Origin: an uncultured Planctomycetia bacterium
Lineage (GTDB): Bacteria; Omnitrophota; Gorgyraeia; Pluralincolimonadales; Pluralincolimonadaceae
Length of the DNA: 63,421 bases
Assembly (NCBI GenBank): GCA_964650515.1
Contig: CAZYUB010000013.1
Span: 1 to 63,421 of the forward strand
Direction of reading: 5' to 3'
How positions within the stretch are numbered: the stretch's first letter is position 1; every line of letters begins with the position of its first letter. The notes under the pieces were generated by a model. The model was not told the DNA's origin. It did no database searches and was given only the letters and a program-made list of their open reading frames with translations. The position numbers were made by a program, and so were the translations under genes. Below are positions 47,153-58,999 of this stretch, in pieces.

Positions 47153-48732
47153 TGAATATGGGGCAGAAGAGCGTATTCCTCGGCATAGATATCGGCAGTT
47201 CCTGCATAAAGGCAGTCGAGATCGATCTCGGCGCCGCCGGGGGGCCTGTCGTAAGGAAGGCGAATGTCGTACCGAGGTCCGCGGGCCTCGGAAAGGCGCT
47301 TGCGGGCATGCAGGCCAAGGGCGCGAGGGCTATAGGCATCGTGGACTGCCCGACATCCTGCCTGCGTTACTTTACTGTCCCTGTCATGCCGGATAAGGAA
47401 CTCGGGGAAGCGATAAAGTGGGAAGCGAAAGACAAGGTGTCGTATCCGCTCGATGAGGCGGTCATCGGTTACGAAACGGAAGAGGAAACAGGCGAGGATG
47501 GCCTTAAAAAACTGCGCGTGAAGTTTGTCGCGTCCCCGAAGAAGTTCGTCGACGAGATGACCTCGCTCATGGCGGAAGCGGGCGTAGAACCGGTCGCGAT
47601 AACCGAACCTCCTCTCGCGATAGAGAATATCGCGCAACGCCTCGGCATAGAGGGCGCGGCAACGGCGGCGATAATAGATATCGGGGCGGAATCGACCGGC
47701 ATAAGCATCTTAAAAGGCGGGTCCCTGAAATTCCACAGGAAGATAGGGTCCGGAGGCATAGCGATAACGAAGGCGATCACTTCAGTGCTGGTAACCGAGC
47801 AGGGCCGCGTCGAGCTCGGTTATGAGGAGGCGGAGAAACTCAAGATCAAGCACGGGATACCGCCCCTGCCGGGAACCGACCTGCTGGACGGGAAGATAAA
47901 CAGCCAGCAGATGCTGTCGCTGATCAGGCCTGCGACCGAGCGGCTTGTCCAGGAGATAGAGCGCTCGTTCGAATATTACAGCGACGGCGCGCTCGGCGAC
48001 AAGGTAAGGTCCGTCGTGCTCGTCGGCGGCGGAGCGTCGCTGAAGGGCCTCGCGCATTTCCTGCAGGATACCCTGGATATGCCCGTATCGGTGGGCGACC
48101 CTTTCAAGGGGATGAAACTGGCGAACAGCGCGGTGATGCCCGGCGCGGAGCCGCAGATGTTCGCGGGCGCGCTCGGCGCGGCATTAAGCGAAGGCAAAGG
48201 CATAAACCTCCTGCCTTCGGAAATAAAACATAAGACCGCCCGGACCTTCGGGAAAGCGGCGGCCGAGTCGGCCGTGGTCGCGGCGGTGGTCTTGCTCATC
48301 CTCGGTTTTGTCGGCCAGCAAATGCGTCTGTCGAGCTATGAAAAGAAGATAAAATACGGCGATAAGGAGCTCGAGGCGATGAGGCCGCAGATACAGATAG
48401 CGCTCAACTACGAGCGCATCAGTCAGGACAACGACAAGAAGAAGGGCTTCATGGCGAAGATGCTCTCCGAAGAACCGCCGCTGAAGGAAGTGCTCAAGGA
48501 GCTCAGCAACAAGATACCGGGCGAAGCGGTGCTTACGGGCTTAAGGATAGATGATAAGGAGCTCATCATAAAGGGCGAGATACGCGGGGAGGTGGCCAAC
48601 CGCGAGGAGGCCCTCTCCGCTATAATAACGGCGCTGGAGGGCGGCCTGTTCAGCGAGACGACGCTTATAAACGCGAGGATGAGCGAAGATTCCAGGTCAA
48701 AGGCGGAGTTCGAGATAAAATGCGAATTTTAA
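47149..48732 (+). CDS. pilM: PilM-PilN fusion (GspL-like architecture)
   Basis: GIDIG actin-like fold, IDIGA, LVGGGA, then INLLP, a TM and a PilN periplasmic domain. Confidence 0.85.
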   Translation: MMNMGQKSVFLGIDIGSSCIKAVEIDLGAAGGPVVRKANVVPRSAGLGKALAGMQAKGARAIGIVDCPTSCLRYFTVPVMPDKELGEAIKWEAKDKVSYPLDEAVIGYETEEETGEDGLKKLRVKFVASPKKFVDEMTSLMAEAGVEPVAITEPPLAIENIAQRLGIEGAATAAIIDIGAESTGISILKGGSLKFHRKIGSGGIAITKAITSVLVTEQGRVELGYEEAEKLKIKHGIPPLPGTDLLDGKINSQQMLSLIRPATERLVQEIERSFEYYSDGALGDKVRSVVLVGGGASLKGLAHFLQDTLDMPVSVGDPFKGMKLANSAVMPGAEPQMFAGALGAALSEGKGINLLPSEIKHKTARTFGKAAAESAVVAAVVLLILGFVGQQMRLSSYEKKIKYGDKELEAMRPQIQIALNYERISQDNDKKKGFMAKMLSEEPPLKEVLKELSNKIPGEAVLTGLRIDDKELIIKGEIRGEVANREEALSAIITALEGGLFSETTLINARMSEDSRSKAEFEIKCEF

Positions 48733-49328
48733 ACAGGATAACGCTGCCGTCCGGATTGCTTGCCCGGAAGAAGGCCATCGCGATGTCGGCGGCCGGCGTA
48801 ATAGCTTTTGCCGTAGTCTTCGCGCTCGTCATCTCCCCGACGCAGAAGAAGATAATATCCAAGAAGAAGGAATGGAAACAGATGGAGGCGATGCTCGCTG
48901 AAAGCAGGGTCAAGCAGAGCACTGCTTACAAGATAGACAAGGCGGGCATAGAAGCGGAGTCCGCCGCCCTGAAGAGGAAATTGCCGTCCAGGAGCAACGT
49001 CTCGGCGGTGATAGACGAATTGACGAGGAAAGGCAAGGCGCTGAATATCGAGTTCATCACGATTGACCCGCAGGAAGAGAGGAGTGCGACGCCGGGTTCG
49101 CGACAGTCGGCGGACGGGTTCCGGTATTCGGTGCTGCCGATAGATATAGATATGCGCGCCTCTTTCAGGAGTATCGGCGAATACCTTAATGCCGTGGACG
49201 GCCTTGAAAGCGGGTTCGCGACCGTCGACAACGTGCAGATATCGAAGGACGACCGCATCTTCCCGAAACTTAAGGTCAGGATGACGGTCTCCGCGTATTC
49301 CATAGAGGACGATAGTGGACAAAAATAA
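48720..49328 (+). CDS. pilO: PilO/GspM-like protein
   Basis: TM, coiled coil, then ferredoxin-like VLPIDIDMRASFRSIGEYL. Confidence 0.8.
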   Translation: MRILNRITLPSGLLARKKAIAMSAAGVIAFAVVFALVISPTQKKIISKKKEWKQMEAMLAESRVKQSTAYKIDKAGIEAESAALKRKLPSRSNVSAVIDELTRKGKALNIEFITIDPQEERSATPGSRQSADGFRYSVLPIDIDMRASFRSIGEYLNAVDGLESGFATVDNVQISKDDRIFPKLKVRMTVSAYSIEDDSGQK

Positions 49329-49731
49329 ACGGCAGATCATGATACTTGCGGCGGTCATAACGGCATTCGTCGTCTTCCTTTTGGCCGCGGTAATGAAATC
49401 GAAGCCGGCCGGGAAACCGGCCGTGCGGGCGGCCGGGGCCGCCGTAACCACGGCGGTAAATAAACCCGCGGAGGCGCCGGCCCCCGGAAAGAGCTCATTC
49501 CCGTCATGGGGCAGGGACCCGTTCGCCGTGGGCAGCGTCCCGGTACAGGCGACCGGGGACCTTTCGCTGTCAGGCATCTTCTGGGACGCGAAGAAGCCCG
49601 TATGCCTCATTGACGGAAAGATGCTCAAGGCAGGCGACGAGATATCCGGCGCTAAGGTATTGGAGATAAACAAGGATACGGTCCTGCTTAAGGTCGGCGA
49701 CGAGCTCAGGACCCTCAGGGTCGGGCGTTAA
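49315..49731 (+). CDS. PilP/GspC-like protein
   Basis: TM, Pro/Ala linker, RDPF, LSGI...IDG...GD. Confidence 0.7.
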   Translation: MDKNKRQIMILAAVITAFVVFLLAAVMKSKPAGKPAVRAAGAAVTTAVNKPAEAPAPGKSSFPSWGRDPFAVGSVPVQATGDLSLSGIFWDAKKPVCLIDGKMLKAGDEISGAKVLEINKDTVLLKVGDELRTLRVGR

Positions 49732-49734
49732 CGC

Positions 49735-49763
49735 TTGACTTGGCGGATATCTTCTGCTATCAT
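49735..49763 (+). promoter_or_regulatory. sigma70 promoter (near-leaderless) of acyltransferase-lptC-lptB
   Basis: TTGACT-17-TATCAT with TG extension; GTG 9 nt downstream. Confidence 0.75.
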
Positions 49764-49771
49764 AACGCGTT

Positions 49772-50671
49772 GTGAAGCACAGGATCAGGAGAAGGTATCT
49801 ATATTACCTTCTGAAGACAGCCAGTTTTATCTCGCTTCTCTTTCCGATTAAAATTAACAGGTTTATAGGCAGACGGATGGGGGAATGCGCCTTTTTTTTG
49901 GCCGCAGCGCCCAGGAGGAAGGCCGTCGAGAACCTGAAGCTTGCCTTCGGGAAAGAGAAGTCCGGCGCTGAAATACGGGCTATAGCCAGGGGGGTATTCC
50001 GGAATCTCGGGGAGAACCTTTTCGAGATGCTGAATTCCTCCAAGTTCAGCTCCGGGAACATCGACAGGTACGTGAAGATAAAAGGCCTCGATATAGTAGA
50101 TAAGGCTCTTTCTCAAAAAAGAGGGTTTATCGTCCTGTCGGCGCATTTCGGCAACTGGGAGCTCCTCGCGGGCTGGTTTGGCCTGAAGGGATACCCGGTG
50201 AACGTCCTCGCGCGCAAGCTCCGCTACGAAAAGTATGACGCGTGGATAAACGGCCTGCGCAGGGGGCTCGGCGTGAACGTCATAATGCGCGATGAGTCGG
50301 CAAAGGCGATATTAAGGCTGCTTAAGGAAGGCCAGTCGATAGCGATACTCGCGGACCAGGACATATCCTCGCTCGACGGGGTCTTCGTGGATTTTTTCGG
50401 CCGCAAGGCGTTCACACCGACGGCGCCTGTGATACTCGCGCTCGCGACCGCGGTGCCCATAATACCCATGTTCATTGTCCGCGAGAGGGACACGCATACG
50501 ATATACGTGGAGGAGCCGCTTGAGCTCGAAATTACCGGCAATAAGGACGCGGATATAATGGCCAACACGCAGAAATGGTCGAAGGTCATAGAATCATATA
50601 TCAGGAAATACCCGTCACAATGGGTCTGGTTCCACGAAAGGTGGAAGACGCAAACAAATGAAGATAAATAA
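49772..50671 (+). CDS. Lipid A late acyltransferase (LpxL/HtrB family), second paralog
   Basis: SAHFGNWEL, ILADQD, QWVWFHERWK. Confidence 0.9.
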   Translation: MKHRIRRRYLYYLLKTASFISLLFPIKINRFIGRRMGECAFFLAAAPRRKAVENLKLAFGKEKSGAEIRAIARGVFRNLGENLFEMLNSSKFSSGNIDRYVKIKGLDIVDKALSQKRGFIVLSAHFGNWELLAGWFGLKGYPVNVLARKLRYEKYDAWINGLRRGLGVNVIMRDESAKAILRLLKEGQSIAILADQDISSLDGVFVDFFGRKAFTPTAPVILALATAVPIIPMFIVRERDTHTIYVEEPLELEITGNKDADIMANTQKWSKVIESYIRKYPSQWVWFHERWKTQTNEDK

Positions 50672-51452
50672 ATTTATTGCGGCGCTGCTCTTAGCGCTGT
50701 CGTTCAACGGCTGCGCGGTGCGCAGCGACAAGCCCGCAAAACAACCCGCGGAAGAGCCGGTGTCACTCTCGACCGACCAGCAGGTCATGGCTTTTTCCCT
50801 GGCCGGGTACGAGAAGAGCGGCAGGAAGAAGTGGGAGGTCCAGGGCAAGTCCGCAGACATCATGACGGAAGTCGTGAACCTGACCGACGTCGTCGCCAAG
50901 GCATACGGCGAAGAGGTAGACATGACGCTGACCGCGGACAAGGGAGTGTTCAACAGGAACACGAGCGACGCGCATTTCGAGTCGAACGTCGTCGTCTCCG
51001 GCACGGACGGAACGAAGATGGTGACCGACGAGGTCGACTGGAAGAACGCCGACCAGAAGATAGTCACCGACAAGCCCGTAAAGCTTTACGCCGAGAATGT
51101 CGAGAAGAAAGAGGACGGCACCGAGCGCAAGATCCCGACCACGATCGTCTGCGACGGCCCGATGGAGATAGATTACGGCAAGAACTACGCGGTCTTCAAT
51201 ACGAATGTCAGGGTCAATGACGAGCGCGGCCAGATATTCTGCGATACCGCCACGGCATATTACGATTCCGGCACGAAGAAGGTCTCAAGGATAGTCGCGA
51301 AAGGCAATGTGAAGATAGTACGCGGCGGAAGCTGGACATTCAGCGATGAGGCCGTATACCTGGCGGCGGAGCAAAAGGTCATATTGAGCGGCTCGCCGAA
51401 GGTGACCATCTATCCGGAAGAATCGAAGGCCGCGACAAAAGAGGTATTTTAG
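50658..51452 (+). CDS. lptC: LptC-like lipoprotein with C-terminal LptA/OstA-like jellyroll
   Basis: Lipobox FNGC; KKWEVQG...LTADKG...TDEVDW, then IVAKGNVKI...AVY...LSGSP. Confidence 0.78.
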   Translation: MKINKFIAALLLALSFNGCAVRSDKPAKQPAEEPVSLSTDQQVMAFSLAGYEKSGRKKWEVQGKSADIMTEVVNLTDVVAKAYGEEVDMTLTADKGVFNRNTSDAHFESNVVVSGTDGTKMVTDEVDWKNADQKIVTDKPVKLYAENVEKKEDGTERKIPTTIVCDGPMEIDYGKNYAVFNTNVRVNDERGQIFCDTATAYYDSGTKKVSRIVAKGNVKIVRGGSWTFSDEAVYLAAEQKVILSGSPKVTIYPEESKAATKEVF

Positions 51453-52175
51453 ATGCACCTGCTCGAGACGAAGGGCCTCCAGAAGACGTATAACCGCCGG
51501 CGCGTAGTCGACGGGGTGGACATATCCGTCAAGCGCGGCGAGATCGTAGGCCTTTTGGGCCCGAACGGCGCCGGGAAGACGACGACGTTCTACATGATAA
51601 CCGGCCTGATAGAGCCGGATAAGGGCGAGGTCATCTTCGATAACCAGGATATAACGAACCTGCCGATGCACAGGAGGGCCCGCTGCGGCATCGGCTACCT
51701 CGCGCAGGAGCCGTCGATATTCAGGAAACTGACCGTCGAAGAGAATATCATGGCGATACTCGAGACGCTGAAGATCTCGAAGAAAGAGCGCAGGAAGAGA
51801 TTGGAGATGCTGCTCGGCGAGCTCAGGATATCGCACCTCGCGAAGAATTACGCATATACACTCTCGGGCGGCGAGCGCAGGCGCCTCGAGATAACGCGCG
51901 CGCTCGTGACGGAGCCGCTGTTCGTTTTGTTCGACGAGCCGTTCTCCGGCATCGACCCGATAGCGGTCGCGGAATGCCAGGAGATAATATGCTCCCTGAA
52001 GGATAAGGGGCTCGGCATACTGCTGACCGACCATAACGTCAGGGAGACGCTCTCCATAACCGACAGGTCATATATCATGGCCGACGGGAAAGTGCTGATA
52101 TCGGGCACGGCCGAAGAGCTTATCTCCGACCAGAAGTCGAGGCAGATATATTTGGGAGAGAAGTTTAGAATGTGA
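51453..52175 (+). CDS. lptB: LPS export ABC ATPase
   Basis: [35 protein letters not shown]. Confidence 0.96.
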   Translation: MHLLETKGLQKTYNRRRVVDGVDISVKRGEIVGLLGPNGAGKTTTFYMITGLIEPDKGEVIFDNQDITNLPMHRRARCGIGYLAQEPSIFRKLTVEENIMAILETLKISKKERRKRLEMLLGELRISHLAKNYAYTLSGGERRRLEITRALVTEPLFVLFDEPFSGIDPIAVAECQEIICSLKDKGLGILLTDHNVRETLSITDRSYIMADGKVLISGTAEELISDQKSRQIYLGEKFRM

Positions 52176-52191
52176 GCCGACCGCAGCAAGT

Positions 52192-52263
52192 TGTCCCCGC
52201 AGCTAGACGCTGCGCGACTTTTGCTCGCTGCGCGAGCAAAATCTGCTTGCAGCTGCGGGGATA
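52192..52263. repeat. Nested palindromic intergenic element
   Basis: TCCCCGCAGCT/AGCTGCGGGGA (52194-52204/52251-52261) encloses TTTTGCTCGC-TGC-GCGAGCAAAA. Confidence 0.7.
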
Positions 52264-52303
52264 TTCGTACGCTAATAGATAGCGGACTCATAAGGAGGCA
52301 GCA

Positions 52304-52855
52304 ATGAACGTAGTCGTGACAGGACGCCATTTCGACGTAACGGAAGGCATGAAGTCGCATATCAACGACAAGATAGCCAAGCTGAACCAGTTCCACCAGA
52401 ACATCCTTGAGGCGCATGTCATACTCGAGGTCTCGAAGTTCCGCCATATCGCGGAGATGACCGTCATCGGAAAGCATATGAAGTTCACCGCGACCGAGAC
52501 GACCACCGACATGTACGCGTCGATAGACAAGGCGATAGATTCCCTCGATAACCAGCTGCATAAGCTGCACGACAAGGTGAAGGAACACAGGGTCAGGAAC
52601 TCATCCGGTAGGATAAAGGAGCTCGCGACGAGGATATGGGGCATCAAGGATTACTGGAGGGGAGAAAAGCCCGCCTCCGGGCCCAGGATAGTCGAGACGA
52701 AACGCGTCGCCGAGAAACCTATGTCGGTCGAGGAGGCGGTAGAGGAGCTTAAGATATCGAGCGGCGAGTTCATCGTGTTCAGGAACGCCGATGACAACAA
52801 AGTAGAAGTGGTCTATAAGAGAAAGGACGGGGACTTCGGGCTCATAAAGGCCTGA
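52304..52855 (+). CDS. hpf: Ribosome hibernation promoting factor (long HPF)
   Basis: S30AE N-domain (DMYASID) plus C-domain KPMSVEEA...VVYKRKDG. Confidence 0.93.
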   Translation: MNVVVTGRHFDVTEGMKSHINDKIAKLNQFHQNILEAHVILEVSKFRHIAEMTVIGKHMKFTATETTTDMYASIDKAIDSLDNQLHKLHDKVKEHRVRNSSGRIKELATRIWGIKDYWRGEKPASGPRIVETKRVAEKPMSVEEAVEELKISSGEFIVFRNADDNKVEVVYKRKDGDFGLIKA

Positions 52856-52866
52856 GGCTTATCGCT

Positions 52867-54141
52867 ATGAAAGTAAAAAGCAAGGAATTGGCGGGTTCCC
52901 GCAGGGGTTTCGAGATAGAGGTTCCGGCGGAGACGATAAAGGAAAAATTCGACGAGATATATAACGAGATAGAGAAGTACGCCGAGGTCCCCGGATACAG
53001 GACCGGCAAGGCGCCGCGCTACCTCGTGGAGTCACACTACAAGGAGAAGGCCGGAGACGAGGTCAAGAAACGCCTCATAGGCGACTCGATAGTAAAGGCG
53101 GTCAAGGATGCCGGAATTGAGACGATAGGCATGCCGTCCGTCACGGACATAATCTTCGAGGAGGGCAAGCCGCTCTCGTTCAAGGCGGAGGTGCACGTGC
53201 GCCCGGAGATCAAACTGAAGAATTATAAAGGGCTTAAGTCGTCGAAACAGAAGGCCCAGATATCTACCGAGGACGTCGACAAGGTAATAGAGGAGCTCCA
53301 GGAGAGGCACTCGCAGCTCAAGGATGTCTCGGGGCGCCCGGCCAAGGAGAACGACTGGTGCCTGTGCGACGTCGAGATATCGGTCGAGGGCAAGCCGGGA
53401 GAGAAGAACGAGAACGTCTGGTTCCCTCTCACGCCGAAATCTACGAAGCCCGAGTTCATGAGCCAGCTTATCGGCGCGGTCCCGGGTGACACGAGGACGG
53501 TCAACACGACGCTTCCCGCCAATTACCCGAAGAAGGACCAGGCCGGCAAGCCCGCGGTCTTCATCGTGACCGTAAACCAGGTCAAGGAGAAGGTAGCGCC
53601 GGCGATAGACGACGAGTTCGCAAAGGATATTGGCGGTTTCAAGTCGCTGCTCGAGCTGCGCGGGAACATACGCGAGGAGCTCACGAAGGCGAAGGAGCAG
53701 GAGGTCAGGTTTAAGACGGAAGAGGACCTCATGAACCAGCTGATCAAGTCGGTGAGTTTCGAGGCGCCGTCATCGATGGTCGACGCGGAGGCCGCGCATA
53801 TGCTCAGGGACGCGCAGCAGAGGCTGCAGTACATGGGCTATAAGGCCGACGATATCCAGAAGGAAGAGGCCGCGATGAAGGACAAGTTCCGCGACGAGGC
53901 GACGAAGAGGGTAAAAGCGTATTTCATCCTCGACAAGATCGCGCAGGCCGAGAATCTTTCCGCGAGCCAGGAAGATATCAACAAGCGCATAGACCTGATG
54001 GCTACCCGCGCGAAGAAGACCTTCGAGGAAGCGAAGAAGTACCTCGAGGAGAACGACCTCATGGAAGACATCAAGGCGGAGATAGCGCAGGATAAGGCGA
54101 TGGAATTCGTGGTCGCGAACGCTAAAATAGAGGAGGTCTAA
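52867..54141 (+). CDS. tig: Trigger factor
   Basis: [10 protein letters not shown] ribosome-binding loop, FKBP-like and C domains. Confidence 0.94.
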   Translation: MKVKSKELAGSRRGFEIEVPAETIKEKFDEIYNEIEKYAEVPGYRTGKAPRYLVESHYKEKAGDEVKKRLIGDSIVKAVKDAGIETIGMPSVTDIIFEEGKPLSFKAEVHVRPEIKLKNYKGLKSSKQKAQISTEDVDKVIEELQERHSQLKDVSGRPAKENDWCLCDVEISVEGKPGEKNENVWFPLTPKSTKPEFMSQLIGAVPGDTRTVNTTLPANYPKKDQAGKPAVFIVTVNQVKEKVAPAIDDEFAKDIGGFKSLLELRGNIREELTKAKEQEVRFKTEEDLMNQLIKSVSFEAPSSMVDAEAAHMLRDAQQRLQYMGYKADDIQKEEAAMKDKFRDEATKRVKAYFILDKIAQAENLSASQEDINKRIDLMATRAKKTFEEAKKYLEENDLMEDIKAEIAQDKAMEFVVANAKIEEV

Positions 54142-54143
54142 AG

Positions 54144-54752
54144 ATGGCAGACAGGGAACGGTCGCAGATGCTCGTCCCGATGGTCGTAGAGCAGTCAGGA
54201 CGCGGCGAACGCGCTTACGACATCTATTCAAGGCTCCTTAAGGACAGGATAATCTTCATCGGCACGCCGATCGACGATTACATCGCCAACCTCATCATAG
54301 CCCAGATGCTTTTCCTGCAGATGGAAGACCCCGATAAAGACATCAATATGTATATAAACACGCCGGGCGGCGTGGTAACAGCCGGCCTCGCGATCTATGA
54401 TACGATGCAGTTCGTCAAGCCCGACGTATGCACCTATTGCATCGGCCAGGCGACATCCATGGGCGCGATACTGCTGGCCGCCGGCACAAAGGGCAAGAGA
54501 TTGGCGCTCCCGAACGCGCGCATAATGATGCACCAGCCGTGGGGCGGCACGCAGGGCGCGGCCGCGGATATCAGCATCCAGGCGAAAGAGATACTCAGGA
54601 TGCGCGACAGGATAGAAGAGCTGCTCGCGAAACATACGGGCCAGCCGCTCGAGAAGATCAAGAAGGATACGGACAGGGATTATTTCCTCAGCGCCGAAGA
54701 GGCGAAGGCCTACGGCATTGTGGATGAGGTCATAAAAGGTAAGAAGAAGTAA
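54144..54752 (+). CDS. clpP: Clp protease proteolytic subunit
   Basis: [34 protein letters not shown]. Confidence 0.97.
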   Translation: MADRERSQMLVPMVVEQSGRGERAYDIYSRLLKDRIIFIGTPIDDYIANLIIAQMLFLQMEDPDKDINMYINTPGGVVTAGLAIYDTMQFVKPDVCTYCIGQATSMGAILLAAGTKGKRLALPNARIMMHQPWGGTQGAAADISIQAKEILRMRDRIEELLAKHTGQPLEKIKKDTDRDYFLSAEEAKAYGIVDEVIKGKKK

Positions 54753-54763
54753 CCGAAGGATAC

Positions 54764-57133
<2,370 letters not shown>

Positions 57134-57148
57134 CAGGAGGAAGCCAGC

Positions 57149-58315
57149 ATGAAGAAGAATTACCTTATGACGCCGGGGCCCACACCCGTTCCGCCGCAGG
57201 CGCTGCTTGCTATGGCGGAGCCGATAATCCACCACAGGACACCGGAGTTCATGGAGATATTCAAGGAAACATGTGAACTCTTAAAATTCGTGTTCCAGAC
57301 GCAGAACCCTGTCATAACATTGACATCTTCCGGTACGGGCGCCATGGAAGCGGCGGTCTGCAACCTGCTGTCGGCGGGAGACAAGGCCATTTGCGTCCAG
57401 GGCGGAAAGTTCGGAGAGAGATGGACGGAATTATGCAAGGCCTACGGGGTGAACGCGATAGTCATAAATGTAGAGTGGGGCAAGGCCGTCGACCCGAAGG
57501 TAATAGAAGCGGAACTCAAGAAGGACCCCTCGATACAGGCCGTATTCACGACGCTCTGCGAGACCTCGACCGGCGTGCTGACCGACATCAAGGCGATAGC
57601 GCAGGTAACGAAGAGCCACGGAGCGGTGCTCGCTGTCGACGCGATATCCGGCCTCGGCGCCGAAGAGATAAAGACCGATGAATGGGGCATAGACGTCGTG
57701 GTATCCGGCTCACAGAAGGGGCTCATGATCCCTCCCGGGCTCGCATTCATATCATTGAGCAATAAGGCGTGGGAGAAGGTCGAGAAGTCGAAGAACTCAA
57801 GATATTACTTCAGCCTCAAGAAGGCGAAGAAAGCCATTGACGCTACCGATACGCCGTTCACGCCGGCGATATCGCTGGTAATCGCCCTGCGCGAGACGCT
57901 AAGGATGATGAAGAAGGAAGGGCTTGACGTCATATTCAACCGCCACAAGATATTGGCGCTTGCCACGCGCGAAGCTATGGAGGCGATGGGATTAAAATTG
58001 TTCGCGCCTACCGCGCCGTCGAACGGAGTCACCGCCGTCTGCGTCCCCGAGGGGATCGACGGAGAGAAGCTCGTAAAGCATATGAGGGATAAATACGGCG
58101 TCGGGATCGCCGGCGGCCAGGCCGAACTCAAGGGCAAGGTCATCCGCATCGCGCATATGGGATATATTAACGATACGGATATACTGATGACGATCGCCGT
58201 GCTCGGAATGGCGCTCGCCGAGATGGGATTCAGGGGCGAACCCGGCGTCGGGGTCGAAGCCGCCGAGGAAGTCCTTCTCGAGGGCCGCGACAGGAACCCC
58301 GTAGAATCTGCTTAG
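57149..58315 (+). CDS. Class V PLP aminotransferase (AGT/SPT family; probable phosphoserine aminotransferase here)
   Basis: MTPGPT, ETSTG, DAISG, SGSQKG; upstream of serA. Confidence 0.88.
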   Translation: MKKNYLMTPGPTPVPPQALLAMAEPIIHHRTPEFMEIFKETCELLKFVFQTQNPVITLTSSGTGAMEAAVCNLLSAGDKAICVQGGKFGERWTELCKAYGVNAIVINVEWGKAVDPKVIEAELKKDPSIQAVFTTLCETSTGVLTDIKAIAQVTKSHGAVLAVDAISGLGAEEIKTDEWGIDVVVSGSQKGLMIPPGLAFISLSNKAWEKVEKSKNSRYYFSLKKAKKAIDATDTPFTPAISLVIALRETLRMMKKEGLDVIFNRHKILALATREAMEAMGLKLFAPTAPSNGVTAVCVPEGIDGEKLVKHMRDKYGVGIAGGQAELKGKVIRIAHMGYINDTDILMTIAVLGMALAEMGFRGEPGVGVEAAEEVLLEGRDRNPVESA

Positions 58316-58350
58316 GGCTTAGGGGCCATACACTTAGGGGACACACTTGG
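58311..58350 (+). repeat. Short CTTAGGG repeat cluster
   Basis: CTTAGGG at 58311, 58318 and 58333, plus ACACTT repeats. Confidence 0.6.
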
Positions 58351-58986
58351 ATGTCGAGTGAAACACTGGCGTTAGCCGCCACAGCGGCATCATTAGGTTT
58401 CATACATACGCTCGCGGGGCCGGACCATTATGTGCCGTTCATAATGATCGCGAAAGCCCGCGGCTGGTCTTTGCTGAAGACGGCATTCGTGACATTTTTA
58501 TGCGGCATCGGCCATATCCTCAGCGCCGTGCTTTTGGGGGTAATAGGCCTCGGTTTCGGTTTCGCGTTAAGCAGGATAGAGGCCTTCGACTCGATACGCG
58601 ACAATATCGCCGCGTGGCTGTTCATCGCCTTCGGGCTCGTGTATTTCGTCTGGGGCGTAAGGAAAGCGTTCAGGGACCGTCACGGCCATGGCCATGCGCG
58701 CGAAAGCAGGACAAGCATAACGCCGTGGGTGCTTTTCACGATATTCGTGTTCGGCCCGTGCGAGGTCCTGATACCGCTTTTGATGTATCCGGCCGCGAAA
58801 AACAGCCTGATGGACGCGGCTTATGTCACGCTGGTATTCGGCGCGGTGACGATAACGACGATGCTCGGGGTCGTGATGGTCTCGATGTTCGGGTTTAACC
58901 TGCTTCCGCTGGGGAAGATCGAGCGTTATACGCATGCCCTCGCCGGGCTTGCGATAGTTGTCTGCGGCGTTCTTATAATCATCTAA
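58351..58986 (+). CDS. His-rich Ni/Co transporter-like membrane protein (NicO/UreH/TauE superfamily)
   Basis: GFIHTLAGPDHY, GIGHILS, HGHGH loop, GPCE; about 6 TM. Confidence 0.78.
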   Translation: MSSETLALAATAASLGFIHTLAGPDHYVPFIMIAKARGWSLLKTAFVTFLCGIGHILSAVLLGVIGLGFGFALSRIEAFDSIRDNIAAWLFIAFGLVYFVWGVRKAFRDRHGHGHARESRTSITPWVLFTIFVFGPCEVLIPLLMYPAAKNSLMDAAYVTLVFGAVTITTMLGVVMVSMFGFNLLPLGKIERYTHALAGLAIVVCGVLIII

Positions 58987-58999
58987 CAGGAGAGACGAA

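Noticed and set aside
49892-49899. T8 tract in the acyltransferase as a phase-variation site
   Set aside because: The frame is intact, it encodes an ordinary FF(L) in a hydrophobic segment, and there is no other support.
58311-58340. TTAGGG units as telomeric or eukaryotic contamination
   Set aside because: Only three interrupted units, within a continuous bacterial operon.
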